Of a DNA stretch of 63,495 bases, positions 16,488-27,900 are shown piece after piece. The translations under genes were made by a program, and so were the position numbers. A model generated the notes under the pieces. That model did no database searches and had not been told where the DNA came from. It worked only from the letters and a program-made list of their open reading frames with translations. The stretch spans positions 1-63,495 of the IMG/VR virus record IMGVR_UViG_3300049203_000046. The stretch is one strand, 5' to 3'. Within the stretch, counting starts at the first letter, position 1. Every line of letters starts with the position of its first letter. Source of the DNA: a virus. Its lineage: Duplodnaviria > Caudoviricetes.

Positions 16488-18383
16488 GCTGATGCCAAGC
16501 GTGCGGGCGATCTCCATGTCCGAGAGCCCGCTGGCATACATGCGGCGCGCACGCTGAACTGATGACGACGAACCGATCATTGCCTCCTCCCCCGTAATCA
16601 CATTCGAGCAGAGCGCCATCCACTGGACACTGTCGTGCCGGTCGGTCCAGTCGCGCACCTTGCCGTAGCGCATTTCGTAGATCGCGGTCGGCAGCCAGTC
16701 GATGCCAAGCTCAGCCCTCGCTTTCGCCTCCATCTTTGGCCACACGGGCTCCGAATAGGCGTCGGCGTCATAGATGCCGGCGGTCGCTTCGGCGCGCGCC
16801 TTGTCGCGGTAGACCTGCGTCACATAGAACTGCGTCTCGACGTTGTTGAGCTGCGCCGTCGAGCCGGCTTCACGGGAGAACCCGCCAGTGCCCTGCGGCT
16901 TGTTCTTGTGGTGCAGCACGATGGTGGCGATGTTGTAGGAGCGCAGCCGCACCATGATCCTGTTGATCGGAGCCCATGCGTCAGCGTCGTTCTCGTTGAT
17001 CCCTGGCCATGCCGAGCGGATCGTGTCGACCACGACGATGTCTGGCTTCTGCAAGCGGATATAGTCGCCGAGCTTCACGAGCGAACCGCGATCACTGAGC
17101 GGCATGTCGTCGCCTTCCAGCCATGGCGTCCAGACGCCAAGCCGATCACCGGCATCGCCATAGCTCTTGGTCATATTATCGAGGCGGCGCGCCAGCGTCA
17201 GCTTGCCGTTTTCGTAGTCGAGATAGAGGACGCGAAGCGGGCGCGGGAACTCGAACGGGCCAAGCCCAGGGATGCCAGCAGCGCCGGCCGCCATGAGATG
17301 CGACGTGACCATCGACTTGCCGTGGCCAGTGTAGCCAGAGATGTGGACGATGCCGCCGACCGGGAGGAATGGTTCGATGAGCATTGGCTGCGTGGCGCTG
17401 GCCACGGCCAAGGCAGAGGCATCCGACATGCGCAGGAGTGTAAGGGCCTTCGACGCTTCAGGCTCAGGCGCTGCCGGCCGCTCCGGTTCTGGTGGCGTGG
17501 CACGCTTCTCTGTCTCGAACTTCTCCACTCGCTCCGGGTGATTGCGGCGCTCTGCGGCCTCGATTGATCGAAGCGTCGCCTTCCATTCCTCGTCGTCGAG
17601 GCGGTCCATATAGAACTGGTCCATGAAGGCCAGGATCCGCCGTTCGAGATCAGCACCATATAGACCTTCGGCGACGCACTCGCCGGCATAACGGGCGACG
17701 CGCTCGTTGCGGCCATTGCTCGCGCCTGTCGGGATCTTCGAGCCAGGATAGTGCGTGGCGATATATTCGGACGTGCGCTCCCATTCGGTGTAGTTCGTGA
17801 GGATGCGAGAGCCTGACAAGTCCAGCTCTTCGAGGTTATGGACCGGCGTCTCCATTGGCCAGCCGTTCCATTCAGGCGCGTCGTCCAGCTCGTAGATCGA
17901 GAAGCCCTCGTCGCACTCGATGGAGTAGCCAGGCGCATTGAAGGCCACGACGTAGGAGCCGTCGCCACGGAAGTCGAGGCCGGGAAACTTTGGCCAGTCG
18001 AGGCCCGTCGATTGCGAGCCGACGCGCGGCCCGAAGCGGCGATCATCCCGAGGGTGGCGAAAGATCAGATGCCGACCGCGTCTCGTCTTGACCCTGATCG
18101 GGGACCATACACCGTTCTCTTTGCAGAAGGCGGCTGCGTCGTCGTTGTCGCAGTCGACCACGACAAAGCCAGAGCGCTCCCCTGTGATGACGCCGACCAA
18201 GGCGTCTGGAAATTTCTCTGCCCAAAACTCGATCTGGAGTTCTTGCGCAGGGTCGTTCTGATACTCCCGCCATTTGACGAGGGGCACCTTCTCTTTCTTG
18301 GTGCCTTGGCCGTTGTGCACGGGGATCAGGTTCCACCCGTACTCCAACATGACTCTGGCTTCGTCCCAGCAGGAACCGCTCAT
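16455..18383 (-). CDS. Prim-pol (AEP) primase fused to RepA/AAA_25 helicase, with C-terminal HTH
   Basis: GVITG..VVDCD..TRRGRH..DFRGDGSYVV. PriCT GRN. Walker A GYTGHGKS and Walker B VVVDT. Confidence 0.9.
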   Translation of the reverse strand: MSGSCWDEARVMLEYGWNLIPVHNGQGTKKEKVPLVKWREYQNDPAQELQIEFWAEKFPDALVGVITGERSGFVVVDCDNDDAAAFCKENGVWSPIRVKTRRGRHLIFRHPRDDRRFGPRVGSQSTGLDWPKFPGLDFRGDGSYVVAFNAPGYSIECDEGFSIYELDDAPEWNGWPMETPVHNLEELDLSGSRILTNYTEWERTSEYIATHYPGSKIPTGASNGRNERVARYAGECVAEGLYGADLERRILAFMDQFYMDRLDDEEWKATLRSIEAAERRNHPERVEKFETEKRATPPEPERPAAPEPEASKALTLLRMSDASALAVASATQPMLIEPFLPVGGIVHISGYTGHGKSMVTSHLMAAGAAGIPGLGPFEFPRPLRVLYLDYENGKLTLARRLDNMTKSYGDAGDRLGVWTPWLEGDDMPLSDRGSLVKLGDYIRLQKPDIVVVDTIRSAWPGINENDADAWAPINRIMVRLRSYNIATIVLHHKNKPQGTGGFSREAGSTAQLNNVETQFYVTQVYRDKARAEATAGIYDADAYSEPVWPKMEAKARAELGIDWLPTAIYEMRYGKVRDWTDRHDSVQWMALCSNVITGEEAMIGSSSSVQRARRMYASGLSDMEIARTLGISLFTIREWLGV

Positions 18384-18580
18384 TTCTCGACCACATAATC
18401 ACGCGCGTTGATCAGAGGGAACTCTGTGAGGATCGCGGCCAGCTGGTCGGTCGTCATCTTGCCCCGGCGGAAGATCGAATAGATCGCGGTCCTCTTTATG
18501 CCTGTGCGCAGGCGGACGAGGTTCGGCCCGCCGCAGTCGGCAATGAGCCGCTCGACGTCCATCGAAAGATTTTTGGACAT
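18380..18580 (-). CDS. Small Cro-like HTH protein (66 aa)
   Basis: LIADCGGPNLVRLRTGIKRTAIYSIFRRG. First gene of a divergent unit and flanked by operator-like sites. Confidence 0.65.
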   Translation of the reverse strand: MSKNLSMDVERLIADCGGPNLVRLRTGIKRTAIYSIFRRGKMTTDQLAAILTEFPLINARDYVVEK

Positions 18581-18645
18581 ATCACCCTCAGGGCTATTGA
18601 CAATACACCCCAGGATTATAAAAACTGTCACCAATAGCAACACAT
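18580..18645. promoter_or_regulatory. Divergent promoter/operator region
   Basis: TTGACA (+, 18597), TATAAT (-, 18620..18615), TATCACC at 18580, TGTCACCAATAGCAACA at 18626..18642. Confidence 0.65.
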
Positions 18646-18683
18646 TTTTGCGTCTACACCACCACGAAGCACGAGAGACCCCT

Positions 18684-19256
18684 ATGAGCGAAGACACTAA
18701 GCCGTCGCCTGACGACCCGTTCACGGAGTTCGCCAAGGCCATGGAGACGACGGGCGAAACCGTCGAGAAGATCAAGGCCGAGGCCCCGGCTATGCCTGGG
18801 CCTGCCAGCTCGGTCCAAGAGATCATCGACAGCTACGGCGAGTTCGCCGAGTACGTGAAGGTCAGATCGGCGGCCGAGCGCGCCTATGTGAAATCCCGCA
18901 AGGACTTCCTCGAAGCAGCCCTGAATGCCGAGCTGACCAAGCAGGGCTACGTGAAGAGCTTCAGCAGCAACGAGCCGTCCCCTTACATGGTCGGCACGAT
19001 CAGTGGTGAGAAGTTCGAGGCCAGCATCGACTACAGCGAGAAGGCCACCTTCAGCCAAGAAAAGCTGCGGGAGATCGACATGAACGTGACGGCCGGCGCG
19101 CCGGCCGTGTCCCTGCCCCCCGGTCTTTCCGTGAAGTATTCCGCCAACCCCGAGAAGGCCATCGCCGAAGACTTCAAGCACGACCTGATGGGCGCGATCA
19201 CCGGCTACGAATACGAGCGCAAGGTGAAGTTCGCGAAGATAGAGGAGGCCAAGTAA
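18684..19256 (+). CDS. Hypothetical protein of the recombination operon
   Basis: CACCAC leader. TAATG-coupled to the Sak4-like gene. Confidence 0.8.
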   Translation: MSEDTKPSPDDPFTEFAKAMETTGETVEKIKAEAPAMPGPASSVQEIIDSYGEFAEYVKVRSAAERAYVKSRKDFLEAALNAELTKQGYVKSFSSNEPSPYMVGTISGEKFEASIDYSEKATFSQEKLREIDMNVTAGAPAVSLPPGLSVKYSANPEKAIAEDFKHDLMGAITGYEYERKVKFAKIEEAK

Positions 19257-20089
19257 TGGCGTGGCGTCCGAAATCCACCATGGGCTCCGGCCTGCACGAG
19301 CCGAACAAGGTTCTCCTCTATGGCCATCACGGCTGGGGCAAGACTTGGCAGGTCCGCAATTTCCAGAAGCGCTACGGCAACGGCCTCCTGCTCTCTGGCG
19401 AGAAGGGTCTGAAGTCGCTGGCCGACGTCGACATTCCGCACATCGCATTCACGTCCTGGGACGGGCCGCACGACCCCGACAACGACGTCTATTCGTTCCG
19501 TGGCATGGCGCAGATGCTGACCCCGTCCTTCCTTCGGGACAACGATATCAACTGGCTGGCGCTCGACAGTATCACCGAGCTTTCGGAAATGCTGATGGCG
19601 TGGGCCAAGAAGGAAACCGAGGGCGAGAAGAACCGCTTCGCCGTGTGGGCGCTCTATAACGAGAAGATGATCGGCGCGATCAAATGGATCCGCGATCTTC
19701 CCGTCCACATCTATGTGACGTCGCTCGCCGCCGAAGGCGAGGATGACAGCGGCGGCTCGGACTTCTGGCCACACGTCCATGGCTCCAAGGTGGCCACGGC
19801 CATCCCCGCCAACTTCGACCATGTGTTCTGCGCCATCAAGCGCGACGTGGTCGAGGGCGACGACGTGAAGACGAAGCGCTTCATCGTCACCGAGCAAATG
19901 CGTGGATGGCACGGCAAGGCGCGCGACCCTTTCAATCGCTTGGCCGCCGTCGAGGAAGTCGACGACATCACTGAGCTGCTCGACCGCATGACGCGCTCGA
20001 AGGCTGATGACGAGAAGCGGGCCGAGACGCTGAAGGTGCTCGAAGCCAACAAGGCCAAGATCGAGGAAGCCGCGAAGGAGAAGGCGTGA
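19256..20089 (+). CDS. Sak4-like / AAA_24 ssDNA-annealing ATPase
   Basis: LLYGHHGWGKT and LALDSITE. Near the SSB. Confidence 0.85.
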   Translation: MAWRPKSTMGSGLHEPNKVLLYGHHGWGKTWQVRNFQKRYGNGLLLSGEKGLKSLADVDIPHIAFTSWDGPHDPDNDVYSFRGMAQMLTPSFLRDNDINWLALDSITELSEMLMAWAKKETEGEKNRFAVWALYNEKMIGAIKWIRDLPVHIYVTSLAAEGEDDSGGSDFWPHVHGSKVATAIPANFDHVFCAIKRDVVEGDDVKTKRFIVTEQMRGWHGKARDPFNRLAAVEEVDDITELLDRMTRSKADDEKRAETLKVLEANKAKIEEAAKEKA

Positions 20090-20283
20090 TGAAAAGATGG
20101 CTGCTCAAATCCGCGCCGCCGAGGATCGCCTTGGTCGCGATGTATGGCTGGATGTTTGGCGACAGCGCCGGTCGAGTTTACCGACAGGGTGATTTCTGGA
20201 TGGTCGACTTGCTCTTCGCAGTTATCGGCCTCGCATTCCTCGCCTACCTGATGTGGATCAACCGGGACGTCTACGTCGAATAG
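20086..20283 (+). CDS. Small membrane protein (65 aa)
   Basis: GTGA coupling and two hydrophobic stretches. Confidence 0.6.
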   Translation: MMKRWLLKSAPPRIALVAMYGWMFGDSAGRVYRQGDFWMVDLLFAVIGLAFLAYLMWINRDVYVE

Positions 20284-20387
20284 TGCCGGGGCGGACCCGC
20301 AGGGCACTCCTCCTCCCAGCCCTGTGTGTTGCCGGCGCTTAGCCCGACGCGACTTCCCCTCCTCCCAAGCCGCGTCGGGCACCCTTT
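20282..20387 (+). ncRNA. Cuckoo/alpha-r14-like sRNA element (two hairpins with CCUCCUCCC loops)
   Basis: GCAGGGC-actCCTCCTCCCa-GCCCTGT and GCCCGACGCG-..CCTCCTCCC..-CGCGTCGGGC, both intergenic. Confidence 0.7.
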
Positions 20388-20413
20388 CACCACAAATACC
20401 ATGAGCAAGGAGC

Positions 20414-20968
20414 ATGAACATGAGCGCATTTGGTGGTTCTGATTTCGGGGGTGTCGATCTCGACCTCACCGAGAACAGCGTGAGCGAAGGTTTGCCGGTA
20501 CTGAAGGCCGGCATCTACGACGTCATGAGCGGCGACGTGGAGCTGGTCAAGAACAAGGGTGGCCAGATGCTGAAGATCGTCCTGGCTGATCTCGCCGGCA
20601 GTGGCCAGATCACTCAGAACTTCAACATCATCCACTCGTCGTCCGAAGCGCAGCGCATCGGCCGCGACCAGCTCAAGACCTTCCTCACCCACGGCGGCCA
20701 TCCTGACCCCGACCATCCGTTCAAGCACGCAAAGGAAGCGATGCTTGGCCTGAAGGTCCGCATTTGGGTCGAGCACGACGGCAAGTATGTGAAGAACAAC
20801 AAGGAATACGACAGCTTCGCGGTGAAGCGGATCGGCAAGGTAGACCCGGATAATCCTGCACCCGGACCTTCCGCCGTTCAGCCGACGCGGCAGAGCGGGA
20901 CGTCGTCCTCCCCGTCATCGTCGTCGGCTTCGAGCCGCACGGCTATGTCGGACGACATTCCGTTCTGA
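20414..20968 (+). CDS. DUF669-like single-stranded DNA-binding protein
   Basis: C-terminal DDIPF tail. LKAGIY..GQMLKI pattern. Follows the Sak4-like gene. Confidence 0.8.
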   Translation: MNMSAFGGSDFGGVDLDLTENSVSEGLPVLKAGIYDVMSGDVELVKNKGGQMLKIVLADLAGSGQITQNFNIIHSSSEAQRIGRDQLKTFLTHGGHPDPDHPFKHAKEAMLGLKVRIWVEHDGKYVKNNKEYDSFAVKRIGKVDPDNPAPGPSAVQPTRQSGTSSSPSSSSASSRTAMSDDIPF

Positions 20969-20979
20969 CGATCATAGTC

Positions 20980-21054
20980 AGAGCCGGTGCTACCGCCCGT
21001 CAGCACGGGCTTTGATGCGAGGGGCGAGCCAGGTCAAGGGGCTCGCCCTTCTGG
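20980..21054 (+). terminator. Two tandem hairpins after SSB
   Basis: AGAGCCGGTGCT/AGCACGGGCTTT and GGGCGAGCC/GGCTCGCCC. Confidence 0.5.
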
Positions 21055-21078
21055 TTTACTGGAGCGAAATGGAAGCTA

Positions 21079-21924
21079 ATGGACAAGATCGACGACGAAA
21101 TGCTGGAAGTCCTGATGGCCATGAGCGCCGAGCCGGCGCGGCCACTCTTCTCTGGAGCGCGCACGATCTCAGCATCGATTGTCGGCAGCGAATGCGATGC
21201 CGCTTTGGCCTTCACGATCCGTGGCTTCAATGAGGAAGAGCCGACCGAGACACGGCGCAGGCTCTATGAGGTTGGCAATTTACTGGAACCCCGCGTGATC
21301 CAGCACATGCGCAGCATCGGGCTGGCCGTCGTGGACCGCGACCCAAAGACCGGCAGGCAGTTCATGCTGACCAGTCGAGAGGGCCACGTCAAAGCCTACC
21401 TCGATGGCTATATCGAATGGGATGATGCCGAGAGCGAGCCCGTCGAGATCAAGTCTATGAGCGACGACCGCTTCAAGAAGGTCGTGCGCGAAGTTGCCAA
21501 GCGAGGAAAGCAAGCTGGCGTGAAGCAGGCCGAGCCCAAGTATTACGATCAGATGCAGCTGATCATGGAGTTGGCCAACCGAGAGAGCTGCATCTTCTTG
21601 GTCTACAACAAGAGTGACTCCAAATATTTGGCCATCCGAGTGGCCAAGGATCTGGACCGAGTCAGTTTCATCTTCGAGAAGATCGACCGCGTGCTCGACG
21701 GCGGAGGCGCGAAGATCTCAAAGGATCCGCTCTCCGATCATCGGTGCTTCCTGTGTGGCCACAAGAATGGAGCATGCACGAAGGTGAAGGGGCAGGCCAA
21801 GATTGGGTGCCAGCGCTGCATCCACGCGACGCCAGACGTCGATAAGAAGTGGTACTGCTCAAAGCACAAAGTCCTCGCACCGTTGTTGTGCGGGGACTTC
21901 GAGTTCTGGCAACCTCCGCTTTAG
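21079..21924 (+). CDS. Cas4-like PD-(D/E)XK exonuclease
   Basis: SASIVG.EC, YLDG, VEIKS, YYDQMQ and a C-terminal Cys cluster. Confidence 0.8.
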   Translation: MDKIDDEMLEVLMAMSAEPARPLFSGARTISASIVGSECDAALAFTIRGFNEEEPTETRRRLYEVGNLLEPRVIQHMRSIGLAVVDRDPKTGRQFMLTSREGHVKAYLDGYIEWDDAESEPVEIKSMSDDRFKKVVREVAKRGKQAGVKQAEPKYYDQMQLIMELANRESCIFLVYNKSDSKYLAIRVAKDLDRVSFIFEKIDRVLDGGGAKISKDPLSDHRCFLCGHKNGACTKVKGQAKIGCQRCIHATPDVDKKWYCSKHKVLAPLLCGDFEFWQPPL

Positions 21925-24900
21925 TCTTCCGAATAGAGCTTTGGAGCGTTCTTCGCCGTGGCATTGCTGCGGCGTTGGCTTTTCGGGATGGCCTCGTCGA
22001 TGATGCTCTCGACGATGGGGTTCTGCCCGCCGAGGACCGGGATGCGACGAAGAGCTTCGCGCATTGCCGTCCGTTCGGGATAGGTCGAGCGCTCGTTGCC
22101 ATCGAGAGCGCCCTGCATAACATGCCAGGCCGAGATCCCGGTGCCGGCGCTCGGGCCGAACACGGTCGAGATCATCCGCTCCGTACCGAACGCGCCGTTC
22201 TCTGCCTGAGTGGCAGCATCCGTGAACATGCCGGCAATGATGCCGAGGCCAGACGCCGAGAAGAAGCCGGCGATATACTGGCCAGCGAAGGCGTCGAGCG
22301 TCTCCCGATCCACGATCTGCTCCAGAGAGCCGAAGCGCTGCTGGTAGTTCTTGTCGTAGCCAGGGAAGGACCGCATGTACTTGCTGAGCGTGCGCTCCTG
22401 CTTCTCACGATCCTGGCCATCACCGCCACGGCCGCGCACCACATCCATGAGGGCGTTGGTGCCGTAGCCGACGAGCGGCATCAGCGACAGCAGATAGAGG
22501 GCGCGCTTGGTGTTGCCGGTCCCACGGATGTCGCTGACGTCGAACGGGCGGCCAAGCCTGTCATTGATGGCCAAGCGGATGTCATCGTAGAGGACTTCGC
22601 GCGCCATCCGGCCCATCATGGTCGGGAAGGTCTTCAGCTGGAACATGACCGCGCCCCACGGGGTCTGAGCCCACAGCGGAACGTCGTCAGGGTTCGGCGA
22701 GAAGACTGCGTCGTCGACGAACTTCATGAGCGCCACGCGAACCTGATCCGTCTCGACTGCCTCGGGCGCATCGATGGTCTTGCGGTTCGTCGCGAAGCTC
22801 TCCAGCCCATAGCGCTTCAGAAAGCGATAGTTCTGGCGGAAGGGCGTTGACTGCTGCTGGATCGGCAGGCTCGGGTTGAAGGCGTTGAGCGCCTTTTTCT
22901 GCGCGACCTTGAAGGCTTCAAGGCCAACGGCAGTGCCGACCGCGCGCATCTCATCAGTCCACGGCGTCAGGCCGGTGGCATTGAAGAAAGCGGAGGTCAG
23001 TCGATTGGCCGGCGTGCCCGTCATGTGGGTCATGCGGTTGTGCAGCAGGCTCTCGATGCTGGCCCCGACGTTCTTCATCGCGTCCCGGTAATCAGGGTCG
23101 GACATGTACTTGCCCCAGGCGCGGAACGATGTGCGAATGCGGCCAGAGCGAACGACCGGCAGCAGCGCGTCGCCGAGCGAAGCGATGGTCGTATAGGACA
23201 AGAGCGTCAGCGCGTTGAAGGCGCGCAGGTTCTTGGCCGCCTTGACCATGTAGGTCGTGTCGCTGATCAGCGGCCGGCGCGCAGCCACCTTCATCGAGTT
23301 GACGAGGAAGCGGCCGTCCTGCGACGTGATGTTCTGAGCGTCTCCGCCGAAGTCGCTGAGCGCATCGACGATGGCATCGACGCGGCGCTCGTACACAGCG
23401 GACGGGCCGTCCTTCCGGGTCGGGTCAGGAATAGCCAGGTCCATGAGGTACTTGCGCGCCTGCTGACGGCCGAGCTTGTTGTAGATCTCGATCACTTCGT
23501 CGGCCGCAGCCACGGCCATGTGAGGCCGATCCTCGAAGGGCATCGGATAGGTCTCGACGAAGGACACGTCGACCGGACCATCCTCGGGAGTGACGGCGAA
23601 GGTCGAGTGCTCCTGCGTCCGGCGGGACGAGAGGAGGTGCGCAATGCCGTCGCGGCCGCGCGTCACCACGCCCATGTAGTCGCCGAAGGCATGATTGCGG
23701 AAGCCGAACTTCTTGGCCAGCGAGAGGCGGTGGGCGACCTGGTCGAAGTAGCGGACCAGATAGCTTTCGAGATCCTGTTCGAGGAAGGGCTTCAGGTACT
23801 TCAGCGCTTCCGGGTACTGGTCGAGCGAGATCTTGCGGGCATAGTCGAGGTTTTCGGCGGCGCCAGTGGTCAGCGAGTGGGCGTCAGGATCCCACATCGA
23901 CTGGTCATCGACCTCTGCCAGCTTGGCCACGACCTTGGTGGCCTGATCGCGCAGGGTGGACTGCTCGACCGGGCGGCCCATTCTGATGGCCTCGATCTCG
24001 AAGTATTTGGCGAAGGCGTCGATGGCCTTGTCCGGCTCCTTGCGGATCGCGGTCTGCGACCAGATCTGCGGGAAGTAGTTCTTGCCGCGCGAGCCCATCA
24101 TGACGCCGGCATCGCGTAGATCGAAGAACGCCTTCGACAGAGAGTCGCGGATAGACTTGAGGGCTGCCCTCTCCTCGCCCGTAAGCTTGGCTTCGTGGCG
24201 CGGATTGGTCGGCTCCCACAGCGCGTTCAGCAGACGGGTGTGGCTCTCGGGTACGATGTTGCGGCCGGTCGAAGATGCGAGCCAGCGCTTCACCGCAGAC
24301 GGCGCGTCAGGCAGCGTGCGGATCGCGCGCAGCGGGCCGGGGGCCGACTTGGTACCGAGGATGCGGCGGGCAAATTCCTGCTGCACCCAGGGGAAGTGAT
24401 CCTCGAACCAGTTGCCAAGCGTGACCATTCCGGCCGAACGCATCCGCTCGGAGTTCATGCCGAGGAAGCGATGCTTCATGCGCAGCGGGGTCAGTGCGTC
24501 GGAGCGGCGCGGAACACGATTGCGAGAGAAGTTCAGCAGCCAATGCTTCAGGCCGTGCTCGTCAGCCTTGTTGGCCATGACGAAGCCGGGAGGAGGCGTG
24601 AAGTTCTTCAGCGTCGGCTCGGGCGCGAGCAGGCTCAGGTTCATGGCCCTACCGACCGGCGACTCCAGTGTGTCGTCGAACTGCATGCGAGGCGCGTAGA
24701 AGAGCTGGTCCATGAAGTCTCTGACCGGAGCGATCTGGCTGCGGTCGAAAACCTTGGAGACGCGACCATACTTGTCCAGCATGCTGTCGTGGCCAAGGGT
24801 CTGGATGAAGTCCGCCGACGAGAAGTCGCCGGTCAGAACCTTGTCCAGCTCGCCGACGAGCTGCTCGTTGGATTGGCCAAGCTTGAAGCTGGAGAGGACC

Positions 24901-27900
24901 GCATCGATCTTCTTGCCGACAGCTTCAGGGATCTCGCCCTCTTCGACGGCATCGACGACGCTGTCGCGCAGCTGCTTCACCATCTTGGGATTGTCGATCA
25001 CGGTCGCGAGCTTGAAGGGCGTCTTCGCCTTCATGGCCACGATGGAGAAGGTCGGCACCGAGACGCCGAGTTCAGCCAAGACATTGAGGTGATCGTCGAG
25101 CGAGCGCAGCAGGCCCTCGCGCTTGTCAGCCGGCGCGGCCATGATCGCGTCACGGACCTTGTCGGCCTTGTGCGCGGTGAGGACGGCGAGTGCCTTGCGC
25201 TCTTGTCCGCCGAATGCCGAGGCCGGCATGTTGGCGATGGAGGTGCGCTTGCGCGGCTTGCCGGACTTGGTTTTCTCGAAGCCGGCCACCGGCAGATCGA
25301 GGTAGGACGTGAAGCCATCGAACGGCGAACGGACCAGATCGAAATCGACCGGGATGCTGTCGTCGTCGAGGAACTGAGACCCGCGCACGATGCCGATCTC
25401 GTTGAAGCCTGCCCTGGCCAGGATCGATGGGTCGACGCCTACCTTGTCGATAGACAGATCGCCGAACTTCACCAGCTGGCCAGTCGTCAGCTCGCTGAGG
25501 CCGAGGTTGTCGGCCACGCGCTCGGTCGACAGCATGTCGCCGAAATAGGTCGCGCGATGCAGGGCGTTGCGCACGCTGCCGTTCTCGATCAGGCCGTTCA
25601 GCAGGTAGCCAAAGCGGTCGAAGAGTTCGGAGGCGATGCGGCGCTCGCCGGGCTCGATGCGGCGGTCGATCATGCCGAGCGTGCTCTGCATGAGTTCGAC
25701 TGCGTCAGCCACGCTGTAGTCGAGAGCATCAAGCTCAGCCTTGAGGGCCGGGCTGGTATCGTAGATCAGGGCCACAGTGCGGTCGACGAGGCGGTCCATG
25801 TCGCCGCCGGCAGTGTAGGCTTCAGCCAAACCCTTCACGCGGCCACGCAGCGCGCGCCATTCCTCGGAGTCCGGGGTGAGCGTGATCGCCTTGTCGTTGA
25901 CGCCGTTGTGCTCCATGCGCAGCGCCCGATAGGCGAGCGTGCGCGCGGCATACTTCACCCGGCGGGAGCGGTGCTCGATGTTCTGAAGCAGAGCCGTGAC
26001 GATGGGCGTGGCAGATGGAGGGACGCCGATGTCGGCGCTCTCGATAGATCCGCGGTTCTCAAGGATCTCGGCGCGGATGGCGTTGTTGACCGACTTCGAG
26101 CGCGGCGTCATCTGCACCTTGGTCGTAGCGGCCACAGCGGCAACGTCGCCATCGGTGGTGTCGTCGCCGTTCAGGATCTTCTCGCGCATCGACTTGACGC
26201 CTTCGAGGGCGTCGTCGATGTCGGTCGCCTTGATGCCCTCGGGGACGTGGGCCACGGCCAGCTCGCGACGGACAACCTCATCGGAGGCGTCTTCGGCCAG
26301 CTCGGTGTTGCTGGTTACGCGACGCAGCAGATCATCGGTGGCCAGCTCCTTGGAGGAAGCGGCCGCAGGGTTGGCCTCAATCGTTTGGCCAAGAGCTGCG
26401 ATACGCTCGTTGGCGCGGCGACGGGCTTCGTCGATGCGTGCGCGCTTCAGTGCGGCGCGGGCATTCTGAGCGGCGGCGACGCGACGCTTGCGCAGCTCCT
26501 CGACCTGCCGGCCATTGGAGCCGCCCTTGTAGCGGGTGAAGGCGTCGATCTCGTTGCCCTTGACCTGAAGGATCTGGCCGTTGAGGTCGCGGAAGGTGAC
26601 GACCTGGTCGGCACTGACATCCTCGACGGTCCACTGGTTGCCGCGAGTGTCGGAACGCTTGAAGACGTCGCCGATAGAGATGGCATTGAAGCGGCCAACG
26701 GAATACTGCCGGACCTCCTTGGGCAGGACGTCGCCATCATCGAGCTTGCCCTGCGGGATGATGCCGCTCTGCTCGTAAGCGGTGTTGAGCGCCTCGCGCA
26801 TGTCGGTGAGCATGCGTAGGAAGCCGGCCTTCTCCTTGCCGTCCTCGCCACGGAAGACGGAGAGCAGAGCCTTGGCTGCCTTGCTGTCGTCGTCGGTCGA
26901 GAGGCCAGCCTCAATGGCTTCGACGCCGGAGACGACGTCAGGCATATCGCCGAGGTTGACCAGATCGTTCTCGTCCATTGCCTGCACCTGACCGCGACGG
27001 GCCAGCGAGAGCATGCGCCGCATCTTCTTGGAGCGCGGCACGATGTCGAGGTAGCGATTGAACGGGCCGAAGGGCTCGTCGGATTGAGAGTAGAGGGGCT
27101 CGACCTGCGTCTTCTTGGAGCGCGCGACGTTGGCCAAGAGGCGGCGCTTCTCTTCGAGCGAGGTCGTCGAACCAATGAGCAGACGCATCGACGAGCGGTA
27201 GGCTTCAACGGCCGCCGCTGGATCGAGCGAGTCTTCTGCCTTCTGCCAAAGCTCCATGGCATCGTCGACCGCAGCAGAGACCTGCTTCAGCTTCTGGATG
27301 AACGGAGCGCGGGACTGGTCGCCCATGGCCAGCAGCTCGTCCATCGGGAGCGACATGTAGTTCGGGCGCGCAGCAATCGACGGATCGCTCGTGATCGGCT
27401 GCATCTCGGACGCTGACGGCGAGAGATCGGGGATGCTCTCCTCTGGCGTCAGATGGCCAGCCTGTAGCGCGTCGATGTTCTCTGCCACCTCGTCGGCCTG
27501 CCGATCCGGCATGACCTTGAGGAAGAGCTTTTCGAGGTCGCGGTCGACCATGTATTTGCGGCCCACGACCGTGTCGTAGATACCCTTGATGATGCGAGCG
27601 AAGCGCTGCCACATCTTCGGGTTCGACGCGCTATCGAGGCGAGCGGTAGCCCAGCGGGCGAAGCTCTCGGCGAAGAACTCAGCCGGGTTCGAGAAGTATT
27701 TGGTGAGATGGTCAGCGAGCTGCGCCTGGCTCGGGTCGATCTTGCCGGCCGGCGCGATGCCGAGCGACTTGCGAACCGATGCTTCGCTCGTGAGGTTGTT
27801 GGCCGCCCACTCCCAGAACTCGGCGCGGTCGCGGGCACTGAGCAGGTTCATGTGCGCCCAATGGCCAATCTCGTGGAAGAAGCTGAAGCTCTGCGGGACG

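Noticed and set aside
16583-16591. Third CCTCCTCCC cuckoo motif
   Set aside because: Antisense to primase codons (Gly-Glu-Glu-Ala) and not in an evident hairpin loop.
21079-21924. CRISPR-Cas system (Cas4-like gene)
   Set aside because: No repeat-spacer array or other cas genes seen. Solo Cas4-like nucleases are common in phage recombination modules.
24195-26819. Long antisense ORFs (e.g. 874 aa here, 3134..5356, 5536..7332, 53356..54780)
   Set aside because: Shadow ORFs opposite well-supported genes, expected with high GC3 codon bias.
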